IMG/VR virus record: IMGVR_UViG_3300031787_000065
Coordinates: 1 to 64,000 of that record
DNA: 64,000 nucleotides
Source: a virus
Strand: one strand, 5' to 3'
In this document: one piece after another, positions 9,040 to 18,953 of the stretch
Layout of the letters: each line of letters opens with the position of its first letter
How positions within the stretch are numbered: position 1 is the stretch's first letter
Notes under the pieces: generated by a model
Databases searched by the model: none
The model's input: only the letters and a program-made list of their open reading frames with translations
Told to the model about the DNA's origin: nothing
Position numbers and translations under genes: made by a program

Positions 9040-9351
9040 ATGAATTTATGTTCTTTTACTGGCTACTTGGTTGAAAATCCAAGAATTACTATGTCTGGAG
9101 ATATAGTTAGGGCCGACTTTGTTATGGTTGTCTATACTTACCGCAAAACTAAGAGCGGTGAAAAGAATAGAATACCAACATATTTACAGTGCGAAGCTTG
9201 GCATACCGGCGCAGAAACCTTAGAAAAATATGCCATAAAAGGCACTAAGTTGACTGTTCACGCTTCTGCAAAAAATGTTTCTAAAGATAATAGTAGTATT
9301 GTTTTTAGAATTAACGAATTTGATTTTTGTCAACAGGATTGTGATGACTAA
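9040..9351 (+). CDS. ssb: single-stranded DNA-binding protein (short OB fold)
   Basis: MN...TGYLVENP...TYLQCEAW...AE.LEKY..KG..LTV. Confidence 0.8.
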   Translation: MNLCSFTGYLVENPRITMSGDIVRADFVMVVYTYRKTKSGEKNRIPTYLQCEAWHTGAETLEKYAIKGTKLTVHASAKNVSKDNSSIVFRINEFDFCQQDCDD

Positions 9352-11011
9352 TATGAGAAAAAAAAGAATACTGTTTTGTAGCGAAGCCACGTTTCTAAAT
9401 ACTGGATACGCAACATACACTAGAGAAATTCTAAATTATCTACACAGCACAGGCAAGTACGAACTGGCTGAATTGGCATCTTATGGAGAAAAGAATGATC
9501 CAAGAGCCAATGGAACCCCTTGGAAGTTCTATGGGGTTGTTCCCGGAGAAAATGCTTCTCAGCAGGAAAAGGAACAGTATCAAAACCATCCAACATCTCA
9601 ATTTGGTGAACTAGCATTTGAACCAGTATGTCTAGACTTTAAGCCAGACATAGTATGTGATATTAGAGATTTTTGGATGTTAGACTTCCAAGAAAGATCT
9701 CCATTTCGACCATATTTTAAGTGGTGTATTATGCCCACAGTTGACGCTAGACCTCAAGCCAGACAGTGGGTGTCCACTTATCAAACAGCAGATGCCTGTT
9801 TAACATATTCCGAATGGGCTGGGGAAGTATTAAAAGAACAGTCTGGTAATAAGATTAATTACATTGGAATATCTCCACCATCAGCACATTCAGCATACCG
9901 TCCTATAGAAGACAAGGCAGCTTTAAGAAAGAGCTTTGGCCTTGATCCTAATCTAAAGATTATTGGTACGGTAATGAGAAATCAAAGAAGAAAGCTGTAC
10001 CCAGACCTGTTTGAAGCTTTTAAGCTTTTATTAGATAAAGTTCCAAACCCTCAAGATTATGTTCTATACTGCCATACCAGCTATCCAGATTTAGGATGGG
10101 ACATACCAGAGTTATTACATCAATATCAGTTATCTTCTAAAGTATATTTTACATATATTTGTGGTCAAACTGGAAAGCCTTTCGTATCACTGTTTCGCGG
10201 TGCAGTTACTCAGTCTCCATACACAGGGCAGTATGGTTCAGTATTGTCTAATGTAAAGATGGGAGCAGAATATGAAGATCTAGCCAAGATAATGAATCTT
10301 TTTGATATTTATGTTCAATATGCTAACTGTGAAGGTTTTGGTTTGCCCCAAGTAGAAGCTGCGGCTTGCGGTGTGCCAGTTATGTCTACTGATTATTCAG
10401 CTATGGAGAGTGTGGTTAGAAACTTAAATGGTATACCAGTTAAACCAAAAGCTCTTTATAAGGAGCTTGAAACTGGATGTTTACGAGCCGTGCCAGACAA
10501 TGAACTCGCTGCCAACCTTCTTATCGAATTCTTTAATATGCCAGATGAAGATAGACAAAAACTTAGTATTCAAACTAGAGAGTTGTTTTTGAAGCATTAT
10601 CAGTGGGATCAGAGCGGTCGTGCTTGGGAAACATATTTTGATAGTATAGAATTGCCAAAAGACAATGAGGGATGGAATTCTCCAGCAAGAATATTCCAGC
10701 CAGCAAATAAACCAGAAAAAGTACCAGAAGATGCTAGTCCACAACTGTTGGCAAAATGGTTAATATCAAATGTACTAAGAGAGCCAGAGAGACTAAATAC
10801 TTATTTAGAGTCTAAACTTGTTAGAGATTTAACTTATAAAACTCATACATCTATTACTGGTGGTATGTATTTCAATGAGAGTTCAGCGGCTTTTGATGGT
10901 AAGCAAACAAGAAATCACTTTGATTTTAATATAGCTTATGAGCATATGCTTGCCCTGTGTAATCGCAGAAATTTTTGGGAACAAAAGAGAATAGAGGCTA
11001 TTAAGCGATGA
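9344..11011 (+). CDS. glycosyltransferase, GT4/GT-B fold with C-terminal extension
   Basis: TGYATY, GTVMRNQRRK, EGFGLPQVEAAACGVPV; start 9344 or 9353. Confidence 0.9.
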   Translation: MTNMRKKRILFCSEATFLNTGYATYTREILNYLHSTGKYELAELASYGEKNDPRANGTPWKFYGVVPGENASQQEKEQYQNHPTSQFGELAFEPVCLDFKPDIVCDIRDFWMLDFQERSPFRPYFKWCIMPTVDARPQARQWVSTYQTADACLTYSEWAGEVLKEQSGNKINYIGISPPSAHSAYRPIEDKAALRKSFGLDPNLKIIGTVMRNQRRKLYPDLFEAFKLLLDKVPNPQDYVLYCHTSYPDLGWDIPELLHQYQLSSKVYFTYICGQTGKPFVSLFRGAVTQSPYTGQYGSVLSNVKMGAEYEDLAKIMNLFDIYVQYANCEGFGLPQVEAAACGVPVMSTDYSAMESVVRNLNGIPVKPKALYKELETGCLRAVPDNELAANLLIEFFNMPDEDRQKLSIQTRELFLKHYQWDQSGRAWETYFDSIELPKDNEGWNSPARIFQPANKPEKVPEDASPQLLAKWLISNVLREPERLNTYLESKLVRDLTYKTHTSITGGMYFNESSAAFDGKQTRNHFDFNIAYEHMLALCNRRNFWEQKRIEAIKR

Positions 11012-12132
11012 AATTATTATTTATAGGTCATTACAAAGAGGGAACCGGATGGTCACAAGCCGCCTTAAATTCTATAAAGGCTTTAGACTCTACGGATCTA
11101 GATGTTGTTTGTAGAAATATTAAGCTCACTAACGCTAATCCAACCATTGATCCTCAAATCTTAGGATTAGAAATGAAGGATTTGGAAGATGTAGATTATT
11201 GTATACAAAATGTATTACCGCACCACATGGTGGGAACTAGTAAGTTTAAAAAGAATATAGCCTATTTTGTTTCAGAGTCCAACACTTTAAGACATAATGG
11301 GTGGCTTGATAATCTCAGAGTGATGGACGAAGTGTGGATTCCTAACTATGAGTTAAAACAAATGCTACTAAACGATGGCATAGAAGAATCAAAAATAAGA
11401 GTAGTTCCATACGCTTTTGATATATTAAAGTATAGCAGAAAGTATCCAAAGATAAATTTTTATGATAAGAAAAATACATTTAAGTTCTATTATATAGGAG
11501 AACTGAATGATCGTAAGAACATTGAGTCTATAATTAGATGTTTTCACAGCGAGTTTGAAAATTACGAACCAGTATCTTTAGTTCTTAAAGTAAAAAGACA
11601 TGGAATATCTAGCGGGGACTTAGAGAAGTACATGACCAATCTTTCTAAATCTGTAAAAGAAGAGCTTCGTATCTATAAGAACACAGAGGATTATCTACCA
11701 GAAATTGTAATTGCTAACAATATATCGGACGATGACATACAAGTATTACACAATACGTGTGACTGTTTTGTTGGACCAACTCATGGCGAGGGATGGTCTA
11801 TTCCAGCTTTTGAAGCAATGGCTTATGGCAAAACGCCCATTTGTAGCAATGAGGGTGGACCAAAAGATTTCATAGATGCAAACAATAAATCAACTGGGTG
11901 GCTAGTTAATGGTGTTAAAGATATTTGTACACATTCAGATCCAGCATTTCCAGAACTTTTTACCGGAAGAGAAGAGTGGTTCCATCCTAGCGAATCTGAA
12001 ATTAAAAAAGCTATGAGATTCTATTATGAGAATAAAGATAATATTGATAGGTCTGCTGGACTAAGTAGAGCAGAATGTTTTTCTTATAGCAATATTGGAC
12101 AGCTTATTATGGAGATTCTAAATGATAAATAA
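11008..12132 (+). CDS. glycosyltransferase, GT4/GT-B fold
   Basis: TGWSQAA, DEVWIPN, DRKNI, EGWSIPAFEAMAYGK. Confidence 0.9.
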   Translation: MKLLFIGHYKEGTGWSQAALNSIKALDSTDLDVVCRNIKLTNANPTIDPQILGLEMKDLEDVDYCIQNVLPHHMVGTSKFKKNIAYFVSESNTLRHNGWLDNLRVMDEVWIPNYELKQMLLNDGIEESKIRVVPYAFDILKYSRKYPKINFYDKKNTFKFYYIGELNDRKNIESIIRCFHSEFENYEPVSLVLKVKRHGISSGDLEKYMTNLSKSVKEELRIYKNTEDYLPEIVIANNISDDDIQVLHNTCDCFVGPTHGEGWSIPAFEAMAYGKTPICSNEGGPKDFIDANNKSTGWLVNGVKDICTHSDPAFPELFTGREEWFHPSESEIKKAMRFYYENKDNIDRSAGLSRAECFSYSNIGQLIMEILNDK

Positions 12133-13126
12133 TTCTGTGAGCAGGCTAATAGATATAACTAATAGCGGAAAAGAACAAAAAGAAAAGTATAATATACTTA
12201 CCTTTCCAACTCATGAAAGGTATGAAACTCAGCTTTGTAAAACGGGTCACAATTTTTATTCCTTTCATTTGCCAAATTTGAAAAAGTGGAATGCTGCACA
12301 GTTGACAGTGCCAGATAATTATTATATTCTTCCAGAGCAAGAATTGTGTTCATATGTGAAGTATGATTTTATTTTATCTCAAAGTAAGTTCTGGCAATTC
12401 CAAGTTGCTGTAGAGCTTAACCAGAGGCTTAATTTGCCTATGATTTCGCTAGAGCATACTCTTCCAACTCCGCAAACCATTAGTGAAAAAAATCTATCAT
12501 TAATGAAGAACATGAGGGGAGATGTTAATGTGTTTATATCTGAATTTTCTAAGAACGCTTGGGAAATCAATATGAATTCAATAATTATACATCATGGAAT
12601 TGATTCTGAAACTTTCAGACCAACAGGCTGTGAGAAAAACAATTCTGTTTTAACGGTCGCTAACGATTTTGTAAATAGAGATTATTGTCTTAATTATAGT
12701 GGATGGAAACGGGTTACTCAAGATTTAGAAACCAGACTAGTTGGCGACACAAAAGGCTTATCTGTATCGGCATCTTCAACGGAAGATTTGGTTGATGAGT
12801 ATAATAAGTGTGCAGTTTATTTCAACAGTTCTACTCTAAGTCCAATACCAACCTCTTTATTAGAAGCTATGTCTTGTGGCTGTGCCGTGGTATCAACGGC
12901 AACCTGTATGATACCAGAAATTATAGAGAATGGAGTAAACGGATTTATTTCTAATGATGAGCGGCAGTTAAGATCATATATAGAATTATTGCTTAATGAC
13001 AAAGAGGCTGCTATTAAGATTGGCAATAATGCTAGGCAAACTATAACAGAGAAATTCTCAGAACAAAAGTTTATTAATAATTGGAATCACGTATTCGACA
13101 AAGTTTATGAGGTATCACGCCGATGA
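12122..13126 (+). CDS. glycosyltransferase, GT4/GT-B fold
   Basis: HHGIDSETF, SPIPTSLLEAMSCGCAVV, EIIENGVNG. Confidence 0.88.
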   Translation: MINNSVSRLIDITNSGKEQKEKYNILTFPTHERYETQLCKTGHNFYSFHLPNLKKWNAAQLTVPDNYYILPEQELCSYVKYDFILSQSKFWQFQVAVELNQRLNLPMISLEHTLPTPQTISEKNLSLMKNMRGDVNVFISEFSKNAWEINMNSIIIHHGIDSETFRPTGCEKNNSVLTVANDFVNRDYCLNYSGWKRVTQDLETRLVGDTKGLSVSASSTEDLVDEYNKCAVYFNSSTLSPIPTSLLEAMSCGCAVVSTATCMIPEIIENGVNGFISNDERQLRSYIELLLNDKEAAIKIGNNARQTITEKFSEQKFINNWNHVFDKVYEVSRR

Positions 13127-13557
13127 AAATCTATATAACAGAACATCTAGATAAAGCAATAGAGCATTATAAAATCATCCCAATTCTATATGGGAAGATT
13201 GATATGATTAGCATACCAAATAATTCTGCTACAGAAGTAGTAGCTATAGATGCTCTTGATAGCATCCCGTCTAACTTATTAGTAGAATTTGTTCAATCTG
13301 TGAGACAAAAAATGAGGGTGGGAGCTTCTTTAGTCATGGGCGGCGTAGAGCTTTCTGCTTTAGCTAGAGATATCATAAATAATAAAATATCAACTCAGGA
13401 CTTTAACGAGCTAATATTTAATAAGCGCGGTATATATAGATCACTAGATATTGTGGATCTATTAAAGCAAGCAGGACTAGCTATTGATAAAGTAACAATA
13501 AGAGGTTATCACTATGAAATCGCCGCTTCAAGACCAAATGATTCAAACAAGTTGTAA
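13123..13557 (+). CDS. methyltransferase-fold protein, probably degenerate
   Basis: IPNNSATEVVAIDALD...VRQKMRVGASLVM resembles the C-terminal class I MTase motifs, but there is no GxG SAM-binding loop. Confidence 0.5.
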   Translation: MKIYITEHLDKAIEHYKIIPILYGKIDMISIPNNSATEVVAIDALDSIPSNLLVEFVQSVRQKMRVGASLVMGGVELSALARDIINNKISTQDFNELIFNKRGIYRSLDIVDLLKQAGLAIDKVTIRGYHYEIAASRPNDSNKL

Positions 13558-14269
13558 AAATTGTATTTTTGCACTTTATGAAGATCAAACTCAAACCGGA
13601 TGTTATGCGAGTAGAATATATAAATATCAAAAATTAGATAAAGTTGTAGAAGCCTATGACAATGATAAAGAGTTTTATGTTGTCAAAAGCTTTTGTAATA
13701 TGTATAGAAACTCTTCATGGAATAATGGAGAAGCTGATTCTCAAAAAGCTTATGAAGAAGCCAGTATAGCTTTTGACATTTATATAGACTGTTCAGAATT
13801 AAATGAGAATAATGTAGCAAAACTCACAGAGTTTGTTACTAAGCAGAAGTATTATAAGGATAAATATAGGATAACACTGTACCACGGTCACGACGCATCA
13901 AAAGAAACAAGAAAGCTAGTATTACATCTATTTACTTTAAGTAATCATACTATATATATATCTTCTTGCGATAATAAAGAAAACTATTTACATAATCAAT
14001 TGTTACAGTCTAAGGGGTCATACGCTATTACTTGTAGTGTTGATTCTGATTATTATGATAATATCTTGTTAGATATAAACAGTGTCATAAACGAGGATCT
14101 AAAAAAGTGCATAGCTATTAAATATAGCGACATTGTGGCAATTTCTACAGCAGCATATAAGGTAGAATTTTTTACTATCAACCTAAACGAATATTCACCG
14201 ATAGTAGACTCATTATTGAGTAGGATAGATAATACAACGCTATTCTTTGAGATTAAAGATGAAAACTAA
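13514..14269 (+). CDS. hypothetical protein with N-terminal 4-Cys motif, possibly GT-associated
   Basis: SCKNC...GC...FCNMYR; lies inside the overlapping GT operon. Confidence 0.45.
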   Translation: MKSPLQDQMIQTSCKNCIFALYEDQTQTGCYASRIYKYQKLDKVVEAYDNDKEFYVVKSFCNMYRNSSWNNGEADSQKAYEEASIAFDIYIDCSELNENNVAKLTEFVTKQKYYKDKYRITLYHGHDASKETRKLVLHLFTLSNHTIYISSCDNKENYLHNQLLQSKGSYAITCSVDSDYYDNILLDINSVINEDLKKCIAIKYSDIVAISTAAYKVEFFTINLNEYSPIVDSLLSRIDNTTLFFEIKDEN

Positions 14270-15002
14270 ATGTGTAACATCAACAAGAAGAAACATCAAG
14301 GGGCAACCTTGTAAAACTGAACTTATTAGTGTGATTTTATTGTGTGATTCGCCTGGATACAGAATGAAATCTTATGGCCCACTGCCCCTAATAAATATAG
14401 CGAGTCATAAACTAATAGATATGCAGATAAAAGCTATACAACAAACGCTTTTAAATTTTGAAATTATACTGTGTGTTGGCTTTGATTCTGATAAAATAGT
14501 AAAATATATTAGAAGTAAATACTCAAACTTACCCATTAGGATTGTGGAGAATCAGCTATTTAACTCATCTAACAATTGTGAAAGTGCCAGATTAGCACTA
14601 AATAACACTCTTAATAATAAAGTGTTAATATGTGATGGCAACCTTTTATTCACCAACAAAACGCTTTCACTTATTAATTACGCTCAAACGTGCGTTCTTA
14701 CAGAAACGAACCCGTGTGAGAATTTAGAGGTAGGCATAAACGTGGACGCTAATGACGAGGCCCAGTATTTTTGTTTTGGGGCGCATTCTATATGGTCAGA
14801 AATTATCTTTTTACATAATGAAGATATAATAGAAGTATTGAGAAGGAACCTAGCATCACAAGATAGTAAAAATAAGTTTTTATTTGAAGCGATTAATGAA
14901 TTAATTAAAACAAAACATAAAATTAAATGCATAAAAAATAAATATCCTATAAATAGAATCAATAATATTAAAACATATCACGCTATAAAAGGTGGAAAAT
15001 GA
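14259..15002 (+). CDS. sugar nucleotidyltransferase-fold protein, possibly degenerate
   Basis: SVILL..PGYRMKSYGP.PLI, EIILCVGF, IVEN..F..SN, LICDGNLLF. Confidence 0.7.
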   Translation: MKTKCVTSTRRNIKGQPCKTELISVILLCDSPGYRMKSYGPLPLINIASHKLIDMQIKAIQQTLLNFEIILCVGFDSDKIVKYIRSKYSNLPIRIVENQLFNSSNNCESARLALNNTLNNKVLICDGNLLFTNKTLSLINYAQTCVLTETNPCENLEVGINVDANDEAQYFCFGAHSIWSEIIFLHNEDIIEVLRRNLASQDSKNKFLFEAINELIKTKHKIKCIKNKYPINRINNIKTYHAIKGGK

Positions 15003-15868
15003 AGTTTGTAATTAGCAATTATGGCTCGACTACTCAAACGGAGTGCTTTTATTTTAACGCTGCTCTGAACCTAATAAACGGCTGTAGTTCAGCAATGTGG
15101 GATAATAAAACAATAAGTGCTTATGATATGTTTGATGCTATAAAGCCAGATTATTTCATAACGCATATAAATACAATTTTTACAGATGTTCTACATTACA
15201 TAGAAGAAAATGGAGGTCCATCTCTAATAATAAATGCTACTGGACTTAAAGCCGATAATATCAAAGAAATAGAATCAGTTTTGCTATCTAAAAAAATACC
15301 AATATCTTTTTTCTATAGCAATTCTGATGATCAAGTTTACAAATTATCTAAAACTAATATGATTTGTATTCCTTTGGGAGCAGACGTATTTTTGAATACG
15401 AGTGGAGCTGACTTTAATATAAATAAATGCTTTTTGATTAATAAAGAAGATCAACTAAAGTCATCAGACGGTACTTATCACAATGTTTCTACTGGAGAGG
15501 CAGATAAAAATATTGGAGACATACATCTAGGCGTATCGGAATTAGCACAAATATATAAGAATTATGACGAAATAGTATTTAGATTTTATGGGTCTATGCT
15601 GCCCCAATCCTTGTTTGACGCTATATACTACGGAAATAAAGTCTATTACGATCTAGAAGACGGGGAAACTCAGGGCGTTGTGGAAAGTAAGCTAAAGAAA
15701 ATATTCAAAGTAGACGATTTAACAAATGTTAAAGAAATCAAGAATATTGTAAAAAATAAACACACATGTTTACACAGAACAAAATCCTTGCTGTCTCAGC
15801 TTCCATCACATAACATTATTAATGGGTTAGATCAGATCATAGACTATCAAAAGGGGCTAACAACATGA
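14999..15868 (+). CDS. GT-B/CgeB-like glycosyltransferase-related protein
   Basis: AYDMFD..KPDYFI, IPLGAD and C-terminal KHTCLHR...LL. Confidence 0.5.
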   Translation: MKFVISNYGSTTQTECFYFNAALNLINGCSSAMWDNKTISAYDMFDAIKPDYFITHINTIFTDVLHYIEENGGPSLIINATGLKADNIKEIESVLLSKKIPISFFYSNSDDQVYKLSKTNMICIPLGADVFLNTSGADFNINKCFLINKEDQLKSSDGTYHNVSTGEADKNIGDIHLGVSELAQIYKNYDEIVFRFYGSMLPQSLFDAIYYGNKVYYDLEDGETQGVVESKLKKIFKVDDLTNVKEIKNIVKNKHTCLHRTKSLLSQLPSHNIINGLDQIIDYQKGLTT

Positions 15869-16635
15869 GCGTAACAGTTGTTCTTAGCGGATTTAAAAGA
15901 CCACACGTTTTAAAACAACAGTTTGAAGCTATCAAGAGGCAAACTGTTGGACAGGTGCCAATCATGTTGTGGGTAAATCTAGTAGATCAAAATATTAAAT
16001 TTGATAATGATATACTAAATAGTTGCGAAACTATTATATCTAATTCAGATTATGGTAGCTGGGGTAGATTCTGTATAGCTCTTAACGCTTCAACGCAGTA
16101 TATTTGTGTTATAGATGATGACACTATACCGGGAAGTAAATGGCTTGAAAATTGTTTTAATACTATGGAAACTCATCGCGGAGTTTTAAGTACAAGGGGC
16201 GTAATAGCTGACAAGATTTATGATTTAGAATATCCAGCACCACGTAGCTATACTCCTATAGGGTGGTGCAATCCAAACGAACAGGTTATGCGTGTAGATA
16301 TGGGTTGCCACTCATGGTTCTTTGAAAAAGATTGGTTACGAGCTTTCTGGATGGAAATGCCATTAACCGTACCAAAAAGATATGGTGAAGATACTCATAT
16401 ATCATATGTAGTAAAAAAACACTTTGGGCTAAATACATATGTTCCACCGCACCCAAAAGACGATATAGAAATGTGGGGTTCTATGCCAGAAACAGCTATA
16501 AAGTATGGCGAAGAACCAGTGGCTATTTCTATGGATTATAATGCTAATATTGGAATGAATAAATATTGGAATTTTGTTAGGTCAAATGGCTATAACATCA
16601 TAGCCCACGAAACAAAGTCGGAGAAAACAGAATGA
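15865..16635 (+). CDS. glycosyltransferase, GT-A fold
   Basis: VTVVLSGFKR, WGRF, YICVIDDDTIPG (DxD), GEDTHIS. Confidence 0.85.
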   Translation: MSVTVVLSGFKRPHVLKQQFEAIKRQTVGQVPIMLWVNLVDQNIKFDNDILNSCETIISNSDYGSWGRFCIALNASTQYICVIDDDTIPGSKWLENCFNTMETHRGVLSTRGVIADKIYDLEYPAPRSYTPIGWCNPNEQVMRVDMGCHSWFFEKDWLRAFWMEMPLTVPKRYGEDTHISYVVKKHFGLNTYVPPHPKDDIEMWGSMPETAIKYGEEPVAISMDYNANIGMNKYWNFVRSNGYNIIAHETKSEKTE

Positions 16636-17120
16636 ATATAGGGATATATGTTAATTCTCTTAGCGATGCCAACCTAGAGTATATTTCTAACTTTATTAAC
16701 GAGTCTATAGAACATCAATATGCTTCTGATGCTAGCATATTCTTTGATGATGTAGGTTACAATCCTCATAAGGTGCAGTGCGGCATATTTAACGCTGCTG
16801 ATATTTGGAATTTTCATGGAGTTCTTATTACAACGTCGTTAGATACTCTTTCTAGTGCTAAAAATATAGTAAACAATATTGATTTATATTATTATTATGG
16901 ATATGAAGATATTTCAAAAATAAACCTATTAAATCTAATAGAGAAAACAAAGAATGTCAAAGTAATATGTAACAACGAGACAGACAGCTTAGAATTCTAT
17001 AGAAAAACTGGAAAAAAACCATCCGTTATATCTGAATGCTATAAAGGTTTAGCGGCACAACTACAAGGGCACGAAAATGAATACTCAAAAAATACTACAA
17101 ATGTATATAGAGCAAAATAA
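16632..17120 (+). CDS. hypothetical protein, possibly a stand-alone GT-B half domain
   Basis: MNIGIYV...LITTS...YYYY...KVICN Rossmann-like pattern; last gene of the GT block. Confidence 0.4.
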   Translation: MNIGIYVNSLSDANLEYISNFINESIEHQYASDASIFFDDVGYNPHKVQCGIFNAADIWNFHGVLITTSLDTLSSAKNIVNNIDLYYYYGYEDISKINLLNLIEKTKNVKVICNNETDSLEFYRKTGKKPSVISECYKGLAAQLQGHENEYSKNTTNVYRAK

Positions 17121-17844
17121 AAGCACCTATGAAATAGCAGAACATTTTAAAACTTATCCCAACAAGATTAGAAGAATTCTTATTAAGCAAGGAATTGAGC
17201 TAAAGACTAAAAGCGAGGCTCAGAAAAATGCTATAGATCGCGGTGTGGCCATACATCCAACGAGCGGCAAAACAAGAACAGCAGAAGAAAAACTTAAGAT
17301 TAGCTCTAGTCTACAAAAATATTGGGATAATATGTCTGATGAAGACTATGAACAAAAAATTCATCAGTCTAGGGAGCGTTGGCATAATATGTCAGCAGTT
17401 GAAAGAGCCAATATGATGGAAGCTGCTATAAAAGGTATACAATTAGCTGGTAAAGAGGGTTCTAAATTAGAAAAGTTTTTATACTCAGAGTTAACCGCCG
17501 CTGGATATAAAATAGATTTTCATAAAAAGCAGCTTATCCAGAATGAAAACTTAGAAATCGACATGTACGTTCCCAAGCTCAAGACTATAATAGAGATAGA
17601 CGGGCCATCCCACTTCCTTCCAATATGGGGAGAAGAAAAGCTTCAAAAGCAAATTAAGGCAGATGCCCATAAAACAGGTTTAATTTTGAGCAAAGGCATG
17701 GTAATTATACGTGTTAAAAATATATCAGACGCCCAATCGTTAGCGTCCAAAGAAAAATTGCGTCTTGACATTTTGAATTGTCTTGGTAAAATAGACAAAA
17801 ACTTTCCACCACAATCAGAAAGGCTTATTGAGATAGAAATATGA
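17077..17844 (+). CDS. HTH plus DUF559/Vsr-like endonuclease
   Basis: N-terminal KSTYEIAE HTH, RTAEEKLKIS (NUMOD3-like), SKLEK...EIDMYVP...IIEIDGPSH. Confidence 0.75.
   Translation: MNTQKILQMYIEQNKSTYEIAEHFKTYPNKIRRILIKQGIELKTKSEAQKNAIDRGVAIHPTSGKTRTAEEKLKISSSLQKYWDNMSDEDYEQKIHQSRERWHNMSAVERANMMEAAIKGIQLAGKEGSKLEKFLYSELTAAGYKIDFHKKQLIQNENLEIDMYVPKLKTIIEIDGPSHFLPIWGEEKLQKQIKADAHKTGLILSKGMVIIRVKNISDAQSLASKEKLRLDILNCLGKIDKNFPPQSERLIEIEI
17765..17792 (+). promoter_or_regulatory. sigma70-type promoter inside the 3' end of the endonuclease gene
   Basis: TTGACA (17765-17770), 16 bp spacer, TAAAAT (17787-17792) preceded by TGn; about 50 bp before ATG 17841. Confidence 0.5.
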
Positions 17845-18608
17845 GTACAACAATCGTTGAAACTGAAAACTTGTTTGCAGAAGTTGAGCTAGCTACGCCA
17901 AGCAATACCGATACTAGAACAAAAGATGTGGTGGTGTCTGACGCTCCATCAATGCTATCTGCTGAATGGCACGACTACGCAATGACGCTATTCCATCCAT
18001 CAGAAATGGTAGATGGTCACCCTCTCGTTGCTGGACTGCGAAGAGTATCAGAGGTTGTTTTGGGACCAATCATGTTTAGTGGCCCAACGCAAGTGTTTCC
18101 AGTACAGAGAGAAGATCATCATGGTAGAGCTACCGTAGTATTTACAGTAGAATTTGCTAATGGAATGAAGTATTCAGAAGTTGCAGACTCTTGGGAGGGT
18201 AATACTGATGACATGTTTTGTGCATTCGCTGTAGCTATTGCTAGCACAAGAGCAGAAGCCAGAGCGTTAAGAAAAGCTCTCAAGATTAAGGGTGTGGCGG
18301 CAGAAGAACTAACTAAGAAAGATACCGCCAAGATAGTGCGAGATATCTCTTCTACCAAGACCGCTAGCGAGGGTGAATATAATGAACAAAGTCGTATGAG
18401 CGATGCTCAGTACAATTTTATTGATGTTAAGTGTAAACAGCTAAATATCAATGGTCAGAAGCTATTTAAGAATTTCAATGTAGATAGCGGAAAGAAGGTT
18501 TCTAAGAAAACGGCAAGTGATATCATTGATGCCCTCAATGACTATCAAAGAGATAAGAGTATGATTCCAAAAGATATTATGGGCTATGAACAGGAGTGGC
18601 GTAACTAA
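17841..18608 (+). CDS. probable Rad52/Sak-like single-strand annealing protein
   Basis: RATVVFTV...AIASTRAEARALRKAL core; C-terminal SDAQ..FI...ASDIIDAL helical module. Confidence 0.55.
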   Translation: MSTTIVETENLFAEVELATPSNTDTRTKDVVVSDAPSMLSAEWHDYAMTLFHPSEMVDGHPLVAGLRRVSEVVLGPIMFSGPTQVFPVQREDHHGRATVVFTVEFANGMKYSEVADSWEGNTDDMFCAFAVAIASTRAEARALRKALKIKGVAAEELTKKDTAKIVRDISSTKTASEGEYNEQSRMSDAQYNFIDVKCKQLNINGQKLFKNFNVDSGKKVSKKTASDIIDALNDYQRDKSMIPKDIMGYEQEWRN

Positions 18609-18943
18609 TGAAACTAACATATACTACTAAAAACGGCAGAATTAATGTAGAGGTAGAAGGAGAGTCCCAAAAGGATTTGTTTCTAGAGCTTAGTAAATTT
18701 CAAGAAGTGTTTGAAGAAACTAAGTGTGGAAAGTGCGGTTCGGAAGATCTGAGATTCGTAGTTAGGACAGTAGAGGATAATCAGTATTACGAGCTACGAT
18801 GTATGTCTTGTGGTGCTAGATTAGCATTTGGTGTACACAAGAAGGGTGGCGGGTTATTCCCCAAGCGTAAGGATAACGATGGAAAGTGGTTGCCAGATAA
18901 TGGATGGGTTAAGTGGAATCCAAAAACAGAGCAATCGGAATAA
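18608..18943 (+). CDS. zinc-ribbon protein
   Basis: CGKC...CMSC. Confidence 0.65.
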   Translation: MKLTYTTKNGRINVEVEGESQKDLFLELSKFQEVFEETKCGKCGSEDLRFVVRTVEDNQYYELRCMSCGARLAFGVHKKGGGLFPKRKDNDGKWLPDNGWVKWNPKTEQSE

Positions 18944-18953
18944 AGGAGAGTTT

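Noticed and set aside
9344-17120. GT cluster as a T4-style DNA glucosylation system
   Set aside because: No hydroxymethylase or base-modifying partner in the window, and GT diversity exceeds what DNA modification needs; not fully excluded because the rest of the genome is unseen
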